Assembly (NCBI GenBank): GCA_039589315.1
Contig: JBDHHQ010000030.1
Coordinates: 1-45,847 of the forward strand
Length of the DNA: 45,847 bases
Source: Gemmatimonadota bacterium
Lineage (GTDB): Bacteria; Gemmatimonadota; Gemmatimonadetes; Longimicrobiales; Gaopeijiaceae
Reading direction: 5' to 3'
Under the pieces are notes generated by a model that had not been told where the DNA came from, ran no database searches, and worked only from the letters and a program-made list of their open reading frames with translations. The translations under genes and the position numbers were made by a program. Shown one piece after another: positions 27,743 through 39,932 of this stretch (positions within the stretch are counted from its first letter, which is position 1; each line of letters starts with the position of its first letter).

Positions 27743-29227
27743 CGGCAGCCCAGGAGCGGGCTGCGTTCACGGCGCGGGCCCACCCCGCCCGCAGCGCCAC
27801 GCGGTCACGCTCGGCCATGGCGCCCTCGAAAGTCACGGGATCGCCCAACGCGGCCAGGAACTCGTCCCCGGAGGACCAGATGCCGGTGGCCAGCCCAGCC
27901 AGCCCCGCGGCACCGAGCGCGGTCGTCTCGACAACGGCGGGCCTCCGTACCGGCAGGTCGAGGAGTCCCGCCTGAAACACCATCAGCCAGTCGTTCCGGG
28001 TCGCCCCCCCGTCCACCCGCAGCTCCGTGGCCTGGACGCCCGAGTCCGCCTCCATGGCCTCCAGCACCTCGGCCGTTCCGTACGCCATGGCCTCCAGGGC
28101 GGCCCGGACCAGGTGCGCGCGGGTGGCGCCCCGGGTGAGGCCCACGATCGTGCCCCGGGCCTCCGGCTCCCAGTGCGGCGCCCCGAGCCCGACGAATGCG
28201 GGCACGAAGTACACGCCGTCGTTGCGCTCCAGGCTTTCGGCCATGGCCTCGGACTCTGCCGCGTCGTCCAGGATGCGCAGCCCGTCCCTCAGCCATTGGA
28301 TCGCCGCCCCCGCGATGAAGACGGAGCCCTCCAGCGCGTAGGCGGGCCCGCCTCGGGCGTCGCAGGCCACCGTCGTCAAGAGTCCAGACTCGGACGGCAC
28401 GGCCTCCGCGCCAGTGTAGAGCAGGAGGAAGGAACCGGTCCCGTAGGTGTTCTTGGCCAGACCCGGGATCCAACAACCCTGCCCGAAGAGGGCCGCCTGC
28501 TGATCCCCCGCCAATCCCGCCACCGGCGCGTCCACACCCAGCCCGTCTCCGAGGGTAGGGCCCAGATCGTGAGCGCTTCGGACGACCTCGGGGAGAAGCG
28601 CCTCCGGCACACCCAGGAGGTCGAGCAACGCCGGGTCCCAGGTGCGGGTGTGGAGGTTGTAGAGGAGGGTCCGGGAGGCGTTGGTGTGATCCGTGGCGTG
28701 TACGCGCCCTCCGGTGAGCCTGGCAACCAGCCAGCTGTCGATGGTCCCCGCCGCCAGCTCCCCTCCCTCGGCCCGACGCCTCAGCTCGGGATCCTCGTCC
28801 AACATCCAGCGGATCTTCGTTCCGGAGAAATAGGGGTCGAGGACCAATCCGGTGGCTTCCCGCACGGTGGGACCGTGCCCGGCGGCCTCCAGGGACTTGC
28901 AGAGGGCCGTCGTGCGCCGGTCCTGCCAGACGATGGCCCGTCGGACGGGCGCGAGGGTCTCCCGGTCCCACAAGACCACGGTCTCCCGCTGATTCGCGAT
29001 GCCGATGGCTCCGATGCGCCCGGGTCCGGCGGCGTCCACCGCGGCCCTCGCCACCCCGCGGGTGACGTCCCAGATCTCCTGCGCATCATGCTCGACCCAC
29101 CCCGGACGAGGAAAGTACTGGGTGAACTCGGAGTACTCCCGGGCCAGGATGGCGCCGTCCCGCCCCACGACGAGGGCCGTGCTTCCGGTCGTGCCCTGGT
29201 CGATGGCCAGGACCGCGTCGACTCGAG

Positions 29228-29231
<4 letters not shown>
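27729..29231 (-). CDS. glpK: Glycerol kinase
   Basis: IDQGTTGS, NQRET, WQDRRT, DPYFSGTK, GDQQAALFG, KNTYGTG. Confidence 0.96.
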
Positions 29232-30309
<1,078 letters not shown>

Positions 30310-30313
<4 letters not shown>

Positions 30314-30972
30314 AGTCCGTCTCCGGGTTCGCTTCTCACGGCCAGCCGGCCGAAGGCGTAGCGGAGGCCGGCTCGGCCCAGCAGATCGACGAACAGCGCG
30401 ATGGGAAAGCCCATCACCGTGAAATAGTCGCCTGCCACACCCCGCACGAGGGCGCCCCCCTTGCCCTGGATGCCGTAGGCGCCGGCCTTGTCCATGGGCT
30501 CGCCCGACGCCACGTACGCCGCCACCGCCTCCTCGCCGAAGGGGCGGAGCCGGACCCGGGTCTCGTCGACACCGCTCTCCACCCCGTGGGGACCGGCCAG
30601 CGCCAGCCCGGTGGCCACCACGTGCTCCCGGCCCGCCAGCTGCCGCAGCATGCGGGCGGCGTCCTGCGCGTCCGTGGGCTTGCTGAGTACGTCGTCGTCC
30701 AGAACGACCACGGTGTCCCCACCCAGCACGAGGGATCGGGGGTGGCGGGCGGCCACCGTCCGGGCCTTCTCCCTGGACAGGCGCTCGACGAAGACCTGGG
30801 GGGACTCGCCCTCGCGGCGAGCCTCGGGGATTTCCGCCGGGTCGACCGCGAACGAGAGTCCGAGGGCCTCCAGCACGTCGGCGCGGCGTGGTGAGCCGGA
30901 CGCCAGCACGAGGGGGGGCGGTGCCGGACCCATCCCAGGCTGCTGGAGGCCCGGGCTCGCAGGACGGTCCAC
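30310..30972 (-). CDS. maf: Maf nucleoside triphosphate pyrophosphatase
   Basis: LASGSPRR, GGDTVV, DKAGAYGIQG. Start could be ATG 30933. Confidence 0.93.
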
Positions 30973-30976
30973 CGCC

Positions 30977-31417
30977 TCAGCGCTCCAGGACCAGCGTGAC
31001 GGGGCCGTCGTTCACGAGCTCCACGTCCATCAGGGCGCCGAACTCCCCCGACTCCACCAGGGCCGGCGCCCGCTCGCCGAGCAACTCCAGGAAGCGCTCG
31101 TACAGCGGAATGGCCAGGTCCGGTGGCGCCGCGTGCACGAAGCTGGGGCGGCGGCCCTTCCGGGTGTCCCCGTATAGCGTGAACTGACTGACGACCATCA
31201 CGTCGCCCCGCACGTCGTGCAGCGACAGGTTCATCTTGCCCGCGTCATCGCTGAAGACGCGGAGGTCCAGGATCTTCTCGGCCATCCACGCCAGCGCTTC
31301 CTCGTTGTCGCCAGGCGTGAAGGCCACCAGCAACAGGTGGCCCCGCCCGATCTCGCCCGCGACGCGTCCCGCTACGGATACCCGCGCCCTGGACACCCGC
31401 TGGAGGACGACCCTCAC
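30977..31417 (-). CDS. dtd: D-aminoacyl-tRNA deacylase
   Basis: RVVLQRV, VSQFTLYGD, KGRRPSF, NDGPVT; GTG 31417 overlaps the glmS stop. Confidence 0.96.
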   Translation of the reverse strand: MRVVLQRVSRARVSVAGRVAGEIGRGHLLLVAFTPGDNEEALAWMAEKILDLRVFSDDAGKMNLSLHDVRGDVMVVSQFTLYGDTRKGRRPSFVHAAPPDLAIPLYERFLELLGERAPALVESGEFGALMDVELVNDGPVTLVLER

Positions 31418-33255
31418 TCGACCGTTACGGACTTGGCCAGGTTTCTGGGCTGGTCCACGTCGCACCCCCGCAGCACGGCAATGTGATACGCCAGGAGCTG
31501 GAGCGGGATGGTCGTCAGAACGGGCTGCAGAAACGGCAGGGTCTGAGGCACCTCGATCACCTGCTCGACCCTGCCCGCCATCTCGTCGCCCGTCCCTTCG
31601 CTCACCACGGCGATGATCCGGCCGCCCCGGGCGTGGACCTCCTCGATGTTGGAAAGGACCTTGCTGTAGACGGGGTCCTTCGGCGCCAGGAAGAGGGCCG
31701 GCATGTTCTGGTCGATGAGCGCGATCGGCCCGTGCTTCATCTCCGCCGCCGGGTAGCCCTCGGCGTGGATGTAGCTGACCTCCTTGAGCTTCAACGCCCC
31801 CTCGAGGGCCACGGGGAACTGGTAGCCTCGGCCCAGATACAGGAAGTTCGGCGCGTCCTGGTAGACCTGGGCCAGGGCCGCGACCGAGTCGGCGAGCTCC
31901 AGGGTACGCTCCACCTGCGCCGGGAGCGCGCGGAGCGCCTCCACCATGGTCCGTCCCTCCAGGATGGACAGGTTTCTCCGGCGCGCCAGGTGGAGCGTGA
32001 ACAGGGCCAGCGCGACGATCTGGCTGGTGAACGCCTTGGTGGAGGCCACGCCGATTTCCGGCCCGGCGTGGAGATACACGCCGAAGTCAGTCTCACGCGC
32101 GATGGTCGATCCCACGACGTTCACGATCCCCATCGTCAGGGCGCCCCGCCGCTTGGCTTCGCGGAGGGCGGCGAGGGTGTCGGCGGTCTCGCCGGATTGG
32201 CTCACCGCGATGACCAGGGTGTTGTCCTCCACCACCGGGTTCCGGTACCGGAACTCGGAGGCGTACTCCACCGAAACGGGAAGCCGGGCGAGCTCCTCGA
32301 GCATGTACTCGCCGAGGAGGGCGGCGTGCCAACTCGTGCCGCACGCCGTGATGATGACGCGTTCGATCCTCGCGAGCTCGTCCTCGGTGAGCGTCACGCC
32401 GCCCAACTTGGAGTCGCCTTCCTCCTCCAGCAGCCGGCCCCGCATGACGTCCCGAAGGCTGTCGGGTTGCTCGTGGATCTCCTTGAGCATGTAGTGCTCG
32501 TAGCCGCCCTTCTGTGCCGCCTCCAGGTCCCAGGTCAGAACGTGGATCGTCCGGTTCACCGCGCCGCGGCCCAGGTGGTAGATGCCGTACCCCTCGGGCG
32601 TCAGGACGGCATAGTCCCCGTCCGAAAGGTACGCGACCTCCTTGGCGTGGGGGACGACGGCGGCGGCGTCCGATCCCAGGAGGTACTCGCCGTCCTGACC
32701 GATCCCCACCAGGAGCGGGCTGCCGTTACGGGCAGCCACGATCTTCTGCGGATCCAGGGCGCTCACCACCGCCAGGCCGTACGTTCCCTCGATGTGGAGA
32801 AGCGCGGCGACTACGGCCTCTTCCAGCACCTCGGTCTCCCGCAGCGCCAGATCGATGAGGTGGACCACCACCTCGGTGTCCGTGTCGCTCTGGAATACGT
32901 AGCCGATCTCCTGGAGCTTGCGGCGGAGGACGGCCCCGTTCTCGATGATGCCGTTGTGGACCACCGCAACGTCGCCACGGGCGTTGGTGTGGGGGTGAGC
33001 GTTCTTGAAGGTAGGGGCTCCGTGGGTGGCCCAGCGGGTGTGCCCGACGCCGCACGTCCCTGGCGGCATGCCGTCGATGACGGCGGCCTCGAGCTCGGAG
33101 ATCTTGCCCGCCCGCTTCACGATGTCCAGGCCATTGTCGTCGGTCACGACGGCCAAGCCGGCCGAATCGTAGCCGCGGTACTCCAGACGGTGCAGCCCGG
33201 CCAAGAGGATGGGGCCGGCTTGTCTGGATCCCACGTATCCGACGATTCCGCACAT
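31414..33255 (-). CDS. glmS: Glutamine--fructose-6-phosphate transaminase
   Basis: MCGIVG, GHTRWATHG, SQSGETADT, PRNLAKSVTVE. Confidence 0.99.
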   Translation of the reverse strand: MCGIVGYVGSRQAGPILLAGLHRLEYRGYDSAGLAVVTDDNGLDIVKRAGKISELEAAVIDGMPPGTCGVGHTRWATHGAPTFKNAHPHTNARGDVAVVHNGIIENGAVLRRKLQEIGYVFQSDTDTEVVVHLIDLALRETEVLEEAVVAALLHIEGTYGLAVVSALDPQKIVAARNGSPLLVGIGQDGEYLLGSDAAAVVPHAKEVAYLSDGDYAVLTPEGYGIYHLGRGAVNRTIHVLTWDLEAAQKGGYEHYMLKEIHEQPDSLRDVMRGRLLEEEGDSKLGGVTLTEDELARIERVIITACGTSWHAALLGEYMLEELARLPVSVEYASEFRYRNPVVEDNTLVIAVSQSGETADTLAALREAKRRGALTMGIVNVVGSTIARETDFGVYLHAGPEIGVASTKAFTSQIVALALFTLHLARRRNLSILEGRTMVEALRALPAQVERTLELADSVAALAQVYQDAPNFLYLGRGYQFPVALEGALKLKEVSYIHAEGYPAAEMKHGPIALIDQNMPALFLAPKDPVYSKVLSNIEEVHARGGRIIAVVSEGTGDEMAGRVEQVIEVPQTLPFLQPVLTTIPLQLLAYHIAVLRGCDVDQPRNLAKSVTVE

Positions 33256-33299
33256 GGTTCCGCTCTACTCCCTTGTACCCGACTCTGATGACGACTCGC

Positions 33300-34685
33300 T
33301 CAAATCACGCCTTCGAGACACGCCCGGGCCCGGGACACCAGGGCGCGGGCCGCGTCCTCGGTCGGCGCCTCCGCGATCAGCCTGACCACCGGTTCGGTGC
33401 CGGACGGCCTCACGTGGAGCCACGTCGAGCGGTTGGGCCAGGCCATGCGCAGGCCGTCCGTCATATCCCGCTCGGGCGCCCCGAGATCCTCGGCCAGGTG
33501 CCGGTACGCGTCGTCCAGGGCCTCCCTGGGGAAGCTCACCTTTTCCTTGACGATGCGGTACTCCGGCCAGCGCCCGGCGGCCCGCCCCAGCGACGCGCCC
33601 TCGTCCACCAGGTGCTGGAGGATCAGCGCGGCCCCCAGCGGCGCGTCCCGCGTGTGGTGCAGATCCGGGAGGATCACGCCGCCGTTCCCCTCTCCACCCA
33701 CCACCGCCTGCTCGCGTTGCATCCGGCGCGCCACGTTGATCTCGCCGACGGGAGCCCGGACCACCCGTGAGTCGTGCGCCCGCGCCACGTCCTCTACCAC
33801 CTGGGAGGTCGAGAGGTTCGTCACGACGGTGCCCGGAGTGCGCCGCAGCGCGACGGCGGCAGCCAGCGCGAGGGTGTAGTCCTCGCCCAGTGGCCGTCCG
33901 TCTTCGTCGACCAGGGACAGGCGATCGACGTCGGGATCGACGGCAAGCCCCAGATCCGCCCCCGAGCGCCGTACGAGCTCGGACAGGTCGGTCAGGTGGT
34001 CGGCCGTGGGCTCGGGGTCCCGGGGAAAGCGTCCGTCCGGCTCCGTGCCGATGGCCGACACCGTGCAGCCCAGCCGCTCGAGCAACACCGGCATGATGGT
34101 CCCGCCGGCACCGTGGACGCAGTCCAGGGCGACGTGGAATCCCCGCCTGCGCAGGGCCTCCCCGTCCAGCTGCGGCAGCCCCAGGATGCGTTCGACGTGC
34201 CGCGCCGTGGCATCGTCCGCCACCGTCACTTCGCCGAGGGCGTCCCACGGGCTGCGCCGGGGGTCCTCCTCGCGCACCGAACGCTCGAACTCGGCCATGG
34301 CGGCGGCATCCAGGCAGATCCCTTCCCCCGAAGCGAACTTCATGGCATTCCACTCGGCGGGGTTGTGGCTGGCGGTGATCGCCAGTCCCCCCAGCGCGCC
34401 GGTCTCCCGCACGTAGAGCATCAGGGTGGGGGTCGCCACCACGCCCAGGTCCACCACGTCGCACCCGACCGAAAGGAGGCCCGCCTGGGCCGCGGCCGCG
34501 AACATGGGCCCCGACGTGCGGGAGTCCCGTCCGAGGCAGACCGTACGGCCCTGCCCCGACCGCCGGAGGTACGCGCCGAAGGACGCCGCCAGGGCGGCCA
34601 CGAGCTCCGGCGTGAGGGGGTCGCCGACTCTGCCGCGAAACCCGGACACGCTGACCATGAGAGACGGGGGCAGGGCGAGCGCCAT
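33300..34685 (-). CDS. glmM: Phosphoglucosamine mutase / phosphohexomutase
   Basis: TASHNP phosphoserine loop, DPDVDR, GEGNGG, RPSGTEP; adjacent to glmS. Confidence 0.88.
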   Translation of the reverse strand: MALALPPSLMVSVSGFRGRVGDPLTPELVAALAASFGAYLRRSGQGRTVCLGRDSRTSGPMFAAAAQAGLLSVGCDVVDLGVVATPTLMLYVRETGALGGLAITASHNPAEWNAMKFASGEGICLDAAAMAEFERSVREEDPRRSPWDALGEVTVADDATARHVERILGLPQLDGEALRRRGFHVALDCVHGAGGTIMPVLLERLGCTVSAIGTEPDGRFPRDPEPTADHLTDLSELVRRSGADLGLAVDPDVDRLSLVDEDGRPLGEDYTLALAAAVALRRTPGTVVTNLSTSQVVEDVARAHDSRVVRAPVGEINVARRMQREQAVVGGEGNGGVILPDLHHTRDAPLGAALILQHLVDEGASLGRAAGRWPEYRIVKEKVSFPREALDDAYRHLAEDLGAPERDMTDGLRMAWPNRSTWLHVRPSGTEPVVRLIAEAPTEDAARALVSRARACLEGVI

Positions 34686-34899
34686 GACGTGACGAATGGG
34701 GATCGGGGTGGAGGGCCCGTCGGGGAAGAAGGCCCGGACGGGCGGGCAAGTTAAGCCGGCCGAGGCAGGTGGGTCAACGCGTCTGGCGAGGCCTCTGGAC
34801 GCCCTCTACATTCCGGCCGCGGCGGAGCATGACACGGGCCGCCCGGGCTCTCCGGCCAGGCCTTCCCAACCTCACTCGCGGACCGAGCTCGGGCGGATC

Positions 34900-36063
34900 A
34901 TGACACAAGGCGAGAGCGGGAACCTCCGGTTCGGCACACTGGCCGTTCAGGGCGGTCAGTCCCCGGAGCCCACCACCGGTGCGATCACGATGCCGGTCTT
35001 CCAGACGTCGACCTACGTCCAGCCGGAGCTGGGGCGTCACCTGGGGTACGAGTACGCCCGAGGCGAAAACCCGACGCGGGAGGCCCTGGAGCGGAACCTG
35101 GCGCTCCTGGAGGGCGGAACCCACGCCATCACGTTCGCCAGCGGACTGGCGGCCATCGAGGCCGTGGCCAAGCGTCTTTCCGCCGGTGACCACGTCATCA
35201 GCGAGGAAAACACCTACGGCGGCACGTTCAGGCTCTTCACCCGCGTACTCTCCCGGTTGGGCATCGAGTTCTCGGCCGTGGATACCCGAGACGCCGACCG
35301 CATCCGCCAGGCCCTGCAGCCAAACACCCGCCTGGTGTTGGTGGAAACCCCCACCAACCCGCTCATGCGGCTCTGCGACATCGGCGAGGCAGCCGAAGTC
35401 GCCCACGAGGCCGGCGCCTTGCTCCTGGTCGACAATACCTTCGCGTCTCCGTTCAACCAGCGCCCCCTGGCTCTGGGCGCCGACATGGTCGTCCACTCCA
35501 CGACCAAGTACCTGAGCGGACACGCCGACCTCATCGGCGGCGCCGTGATCACGGCCGACGCCGGCCTGGCGGAGGACGTGGGCTTCATCCGCATGGCCAC
35601 CGGCGCGGTCCCAGGGCCCATGGACGCCTGGCTCTGCCTCCGCGGCACCAAGTCCCTGCACGTGCGGATGGAGCGACACAACGAGAACGGGCTCGCCGTG
35701 GCTCGCTTCCTGGAGGCGCACCCCGGTGTGGGCCGCGTCCACTATCCCGGACTCCCCTCCCACCCCCAGCACGATCTGGCCACCCGTCAGATGACGGGCT
35801 ATTCCGGCATGGTCTCGTTCGAGTTGGGCAGCGCGGAGCAGACGCGCGCGATGGTGGAGGCCACCCGTGTCTTCGCGCTGGCCGAGAGCCTCGGCGGGGT
35901 GGAATCCCTCATCAGCGTGCCGTCCCTCATGACCCACGCGTCCGTCCCTGCGGACCGACGGGCGGCCATGGGGATCACCGACGAGCTGGTGCGGCTGTCC
36001 GTGGGGATCGAGGACCACGACGACCTGCTCGAAGACCTGGAGCAGGCCCTCGGGCAGGCCTGA
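34900..36063 (+). CDS. metB: Cystathionine gamma-synthase/lyase family PLP enzyme
   Basis: YEYARGENPT, ETPTNP, DNTF, HSTTKYLSGH, AESLGGVESL. Start ATG 34900. Exact reaction (MetB, MetC or MccB) unresolved. Confidence 0.85.
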   Translation: MTQGESGNLRFGTLAVQGGQSPEPTTGAITMPVFQTSTYVQPELGRHLGYEYARGENPTREALERNLALLEGGTHAITFASGLAAIEAVAKRLSAGDHVISEENTYGGTFRLFTRVLSRLGIEFSAVDTRDADRIRQALQPNTRLVLVETPTNPLMRLCDIGEAAEVAHEAGALLLVDNTFASPFNQRPLALGADMVVHSTTKYLSGHADLIGGAVITADAGLAEDVGFIRMATGAVPGPMDAWLCLRGTKSLHVRMERHNENGLAVARFLEAHPGVGRVHYPGLPSHPQHDLATRQMTGYSGMVSFELGSAEQTRAMVEATRVFALAESLGGVESLISVPSLMTHASVPADRRAAMGITDELVRLSVGIEDHDDLLEDLEQALGQA

Positions 36064-36142
36064 GGACGGCGGTGCCGGGAGCGTTGGGCCAGGGCGGGGG
36101 TAGGAGGGCGCGACGCACACCCCGTGCAGGGGGAGCGCCAGG

Positions 36143-36169
36143 TGAAACCCGCCACCACCGGCGACCGTA
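36143..36169 (+). promoter_or_regulatory. ECF-sigma promoter candidate (TGAAAC-N17-CGTA)
   Basis: TGAAAC 36143-36148, CGTA 36166-36169, about 70 nt upstream of the M48 protease ATG; same boxes and spacing as 44551-44577. Confidence 0.7.
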
Positions 36170-36238
36170 CGGGATCGCACGACGGAGGGCCCCAGCGGGC
36201 CGACCGAACGGCCCAGGGCAACCCAAGGAGACGAGCGA

Positions 36239-37264
36239 ATGGATGGCGAAGATCAGGACACCGTGAACGGCGGTAACGAGGGCGGCGGCGCGAACGGCGG
36301 CGCGACCCGAGCCCGGCGCATCTTCACGGACATCTCGTCGCGCTCCTGGGAGCATCCGGCGGACCGGGCCGCTCTGGCGGCCTTGCGGAAGCTGCCCGTG
36401 TTCGACGAGGTGCTGAAGCGCCTGTTCGGGTTCTTCGGCGAGAAGCCGACCCGTCTGGCGTTTCAGGCGAACGCCGTACGGGTCTCCGAGCGGCAGTTCC
36501 CACGCCTCCACGAGCTGTACCAGGACGTCTGCAAGACCCTCGACGCGCCGGAGGAGTACGACCTCTTCGTGTCCCAGACGCCGATCGTCAACGCGGGCGC
36601 CTACGGGATGGACGAGCCGTTCATCATCCTGAACTCGGGCACCGTGACGTTGCTCGAAGACGAGGAGCTCAGCTACGTCCTGGGCCACGAGCTGGGGCAC
36701 ATCCTGAGCGGACACGTGCTGTACCGCACCATGATGTTCCTGCTGATCCAGCTCGCCAACATGGGCTTCCCCATCGTCGGCCTGGCGGCCCGGGCGGTGC
36801 TGATGGCGCTGCTCGAGTGGTACCGCAAGAGCGAGCTGTCGTGCGACCGGGCCGGGCTCCTCACCGTGCAGGATCCCGAGATCGTCATGCGGACCATGAT
36901 GAAGATGGCCGGCGGTGGCAAGGCCGAGGAGACGAACCTGGACGCCTTCATCATGCAGGCCGAGGAATACAAGACGGGCGGCGACGTGGCCGACCACGTC
37001 TTCAAGATCCTCAATCTGCTCGGCACGACGCATCCGTTCTACGTGCTCCGGGTGTCAGAGATCCGGGCCTGGATCGAGGCGGGCGACTACGATCGGATCC
37101 TCCGCGGAGAGTACACCCGGCGTGGCGATTCCGACCCGGCCTACCAGGATGACCTGCGGGCGGCCGCCCAGTCCTACGCCGAGGGAACCAGAGACTTCGT
37201 GGACTCGGTGGCGGGCGCTGCCAAGCGCATGTCCGAAGCCTTCATGGACAGCCTGCGCCGCTGA
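36239..37264 (+). CDS. M48 family (HtpX/Ste24-like) zinc metallopeptidase
   Basis: AAGGAG RBS; NAGAYG, HELGH zinc motif, ELSCDRAG, THP. Confidence 0.92.
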   Translation: MDGEDQDTVNGGNEGGGANGGATRARRIFTDISSRSWEHPADRAALAALRKLPVFDEVLKRLFGFFGEKPTRLAFQANAVRVSERQFPRLHELYQDVCKTLDAPEEYDLFVSQTPIVNAGAYGMDEPFIILNSGTVTLLEDEELSYVLGHELGHILSGHVLYRTMMFLLIQLANMGFPIVGLAARAVLMALLEWYRKSELSCDRAGLLTVQDPEIVMRTMMKMAGGGKAEETNLDAFIMQAEEYKTGGDVADHVFKILNLLGTTHPFYVLRVSEIRAWIEAGDYDRILRGEYTRRGDSDPAYQDDLRAAAQSYAEGTRDFVDSVAGAAKRMSEAFMDSLRR

Positions 37265-37294
37265 TCCGGCGACAGCCCACGGGAGCCTGGCGGG

Positions 37295-37330
37295 GGGGCC
37301 GGGGGCGATTCGGCCCCCGGCCCCTTCTTC
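37295..37330 (+). terminator. Intrinsic terminator after the M48 protease
   Basis: GGGGCCGGGGGC-gattcg-GCCCCCGGCCCC followed by TTCTTC. Confidence 0.8.
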
Positions 37331-37332
37331 GC

Positions 37333-37361
37333 TTGTCCCCTTCCCTCCACCCCGGTATTCT
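37333..37361 (+). promoter_or_regulatory. Sigma-70-type promoter candidate for purD
   Basis: TTGTCC-N17-TATTCT immediately after the terminator, 32 nt before ATG 37394. Confidence 0.6.
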
Positions 37362-37393
37362 GCCGGTCCACGGACCACCCCGGGGCACGCCGC

Positions 37394-38680
37394 ATGCGCA
37401 TTCTCATCGTCGGAAACGGGGGGCGGGAGCACGCCCTTCTCTGGAAGCTGAGTCGGGACGCTCCCTCGGCCGAGTTCTACGTCACCCGCCCCAACGGCGG
37501 GATGGCGGGGTTGGCGCAGGGGGTCGAGATCGCACCCACGGACGTGGAGGCTCTGGCGGGCTGGGCAGCTGCCCGCCGCATCGACCTGACCGTCGTAGGG
37601 CCCGAAGCGCCTCTGGCCATGGGGATCGTGGACCGTTTCCGAAAAGCCGGGCTACCCGTGTTCGGCCCGTCCCGGGCGGCCGCACGGATCGAGGCCAGCA
37701 AGGCCTTCGCCAAAGACCTGCTGCACCGCGCCGGCGTCCCGACAGCGGCGTACGCCACCTTCACGGATCAGGCCGAAGCCGAGGCCTTCCTCATCGCCTC
37801 CGGGGCACCCATCGTGGTCAAGGCCTCGGGTCTGGCCGCTGGCAAGGGGGCCGTGGTGTGCGAGACTGTCGAGGAGGGCCTGGCGGCGATCCGGTCCATG
37901 ATGGGGGAGCTCGCCTTCGGCGAGGCCGGCCGCGAGGTGGTGGTGGAGGAGTTCATGACGGGCGAGGAGCTCTCGGTCTTCGCGGTCGCAGACGGCGAAG
38001 ACGTGCTGACGCTCCTCCCCTCCCAGGACCACAAGCGCATCGGTGAGGGCGACACGGGTCTCAACACGGGGGGCATGGGCGCCTACGCGCCCGTCTCCAT
38101 CGCCTCGGAGGCCCTGATCCAGGAGATCCGCACCCGCGTCTTGCTGCCCACGCTTGCCGCCATGGCCGAGGCCGATTGCCCGTTCCGGGGACTCCTCTAC
38201 GCGGGACTGATGCTCACCGGCGAGGGACCCAAGGTCGTGGAGTTCAACTGCCGATTCGGGGATCCGGAGACCCAGGTCGTCCTCCCGATGATGGAGAGCT
38301 CGCTGCTCGAGCTCCTGGACGCCGTGGCTGCAGGCGACAGTGTCCGCGGACGCACCGTGAGATGGCGCGACGGTGCCGCCGTTGCTACGGTCCTGGCCTC
38401 GGGCGGCTATCCCGGAAGCTACGACAAGGGGAAAGAGATCCGGATCCCGGAGGCCGTGCTCGAGAGCGACGTGCTTCTCTTCCACGCCGGAACGAAGTTG
38501 GACGACGGCACGCTTCGGACCAATGGAGGCCGGGTGCTGGCCGTCACGGCCATGGGCAGCGACCTGGCCGAGGCCGCCGCCCGGAGCCGGGAAGCGGCCG
38601 AAGCCGTGCACTTCGACGGCCGCTACTTCCGCCAGGACATCGGCTGGCGCGAGATCGAAAGACAAGGAGCGCGACGATGA
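37394..38680 (+). CDS. purD: Phosphoribosylamine--glycine ligase
   Basis: [41 protein letters not shown]. Confidence 0.98.
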   Translation: MRILIVGNGGREHALLWKLSRDAPSAEFYVTRPNGGMAGLAQGVEIAPTDVEALAGWAAARRIDLTVVGPEAPLAMGIVDRFRKAGLPVFGPSRAAARIEASKAFAKDLLHRAGVPTAAYATFTDQAEAEAFLIASGAPIVVKASGLAAGKGAVVCETVEEGLAAIRSMMGELAFGEAGREVVVEEFMTGEELSVFAVADGEDVLTLLPSQDHKRIGEGDTGLNTGGMGAYAPVSIASEALIQEIRTRVLLPTLAAMAEADCPFRGLLYAGLMLTGEGPKVVEFNCRFGDPETQVVLPMMESSLLELLDAVAAGDSVRGRTVRWRDGAAVATVLASGGYPGSYDKGKEIRIPEAVLESDVLLFHAGTKLDDGTLRTNGGRVLAVTAMGSDLAEAAARSREAAEAVHFDGRYFRQDIGWREIERQGARR

Positions 38681-38997
38681 TCGTCACCACGACCCCCACT
38701 CTCGACGGATACACGATCACCGAGTACCTGGGGATCGTCACCGGCGAAGCCATCATCGGCGCCAACATCGTCAAAGATTTCCTGGCCGGAATCCGGGACA
38801 TCGTGGGGGGACGCGCCGCGGCCTACGAGGACGCGTTGCGTACGGCCCGCGAAGAGGCGCTCCGGGAGATGTCCCAGGAGGCCCGGGAGCGCGGTGCCGA
38901 CGCCGTCATCGGGGTCGACCTGGACTACGAGGTCCTGGGCTCTGCGAACGGTATGCTCATGGTCACGACGTCGGGGACGGCCGTTCGGACGGCCTGA
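38677..38997 (+). CDS. ybjQ: UPF0145 / YbjQ family protein
   Basis: ATG 38677 after AAGGAG, overlapping the purD stop; [42 protein letters not shown]. Confidence 0.93.
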   Translation: MIVTTTPTLDGYTITEYLGIVTGEAIIGANIVKDFLAGIRDIVGGRAAAYEDALRTAREEALREMSQEARERGADAVIGVDLDYEVLGSANGMLMVTTSGTAVRTA

Positions 38998-39051
38998 CAC
39001 TGCCCCCTCCCCGGTCCGCCACCCGCCACGGTCCTTCGTCCGACACCCGCC

Positions 39052-39903
39052 ATGCCAGAGCTTCCCGAGGCCGAGACCATCGTCCGGGGCCTGCGCCCTG
39101 TCGTCACCGGCGCGCGGATCCGGCGTACCCGCGTCCAGCACGAGGACGTGCTCGAGTCGAGCGCCGCCGGTTTGGCCCGCGCCCTCAAGGGCCTGGCGAT
39201 TCAGGACGTGTCGCGGCGCGGTAAGAACGTGGTGCTGGTCATGGAAGGCCCGGCCTACCTGGTGGTGAACCTCGGCATGACCGGCGGGCTGTACCCGCTG
39301 GCCGCAGGTGGGCGGAACCCGGCCGTCACACATCCGGCGGTGCGCTTCTACTTCGAGGAGGGTGGGCAGCTGGTGTACAACGACGCCCGGAGGTTCGGCC
39401 GTCTCCGGTTGTTGAACGGGTCCGACTGGGAGGCGTGGAGCCGCCGGCTCGGTCCGGAGCCCCTGAGCCCGGCGTTCACCCCGGATGACCTCGCCGCCGG
39501 GCTGGGCGCCTCGCGGACCCCGGTGCGGAACTGGCTGTTGGACCAGCGCCGGGTGGCGGGCGTCGGCAACATCTATGCGAGCGAGGCGCTCCACCGGGCC
39601 GGCATCGACCCACGACGGCCCGCGAGCTCCATCGGCCCGGAGGCGACGCGGCGGCTGTACCGGAGCGTCGTCGCCGTGTTGAGTGAAGCCATCCGGGCCC
39701 GAGGGACGACCATCCGGGACTATCGCGACGCCACCGGGGACGAGGGCGGCTTCGGGCCGAGGCTCCGGGCATACGGGAGGGACGGTGAGCCGTGCTTGAC
39801 GTGCGGGACCCCGATCCGGAGGGTGGTGTTCGGGAATCGCTCCGCCTTTCTCTGTCCCACCTGCCAGCCGCACGAAGAAAGCACCGGAGGGTCCGGCGCG
39901 TAG
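39052..39903 (+). CDS. mutM: Formamidopyrimidine-DNA glycosylase
   Basis: MPELPE, RRGK, LGMTG, AGVGNIY, C-terminal CLTC...CPTCQ zinc finger. Confidence 0.97.
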   Translation: MPELPEAETIVRGLRPVVTGARIRRTRVQHEDVLESSAAGLARALKGLAIQDVSRRGKNVVLVMEGPAYLVVNLGMTGGLYPLAAGGRNPAVTHPAVRFYFEEGGQLVYNDARRFGRLRLLNGSDWEAWSRRLGPEPLSPAFTPDDLAAGLGASRTPVRNWLLDQRRVAGVGNIYASEALHRAGIDPRRPASSIGPEATRRLYRSVVAVLSEAIRARGTTIRDYRDATGDEGGFGPRLRAYGRDGEPCLTCGTPIRRVVFGNRSAFLCPTCQPHEESTGGSGA

Positions 39904-39932
39904 AGGGCCTCGGACCTTTCACCCACGATGCC

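Noticed and set aside
33256..33299. glmS ribozyme
   Set aside because: Gap is only 44 nt, too short
34686..34899. SAM riboswitch or T-box before metB
   Set aside because: No consensus elements seen; only possible divergent -10 boxes (TACATT plus, TAACTT minus)
36064..36238. Riboswitch or ncRNA between metB and the M48 gene (GGCGGG/CCCGCC, GGCGC/GCGCC, GGGCCG/CGGCCC pairings)
   Set aside because: Short GC stems arise by chance here, no recognisable family consensus, and the ECF promoter explains the region better; an Rfam scan would settle it
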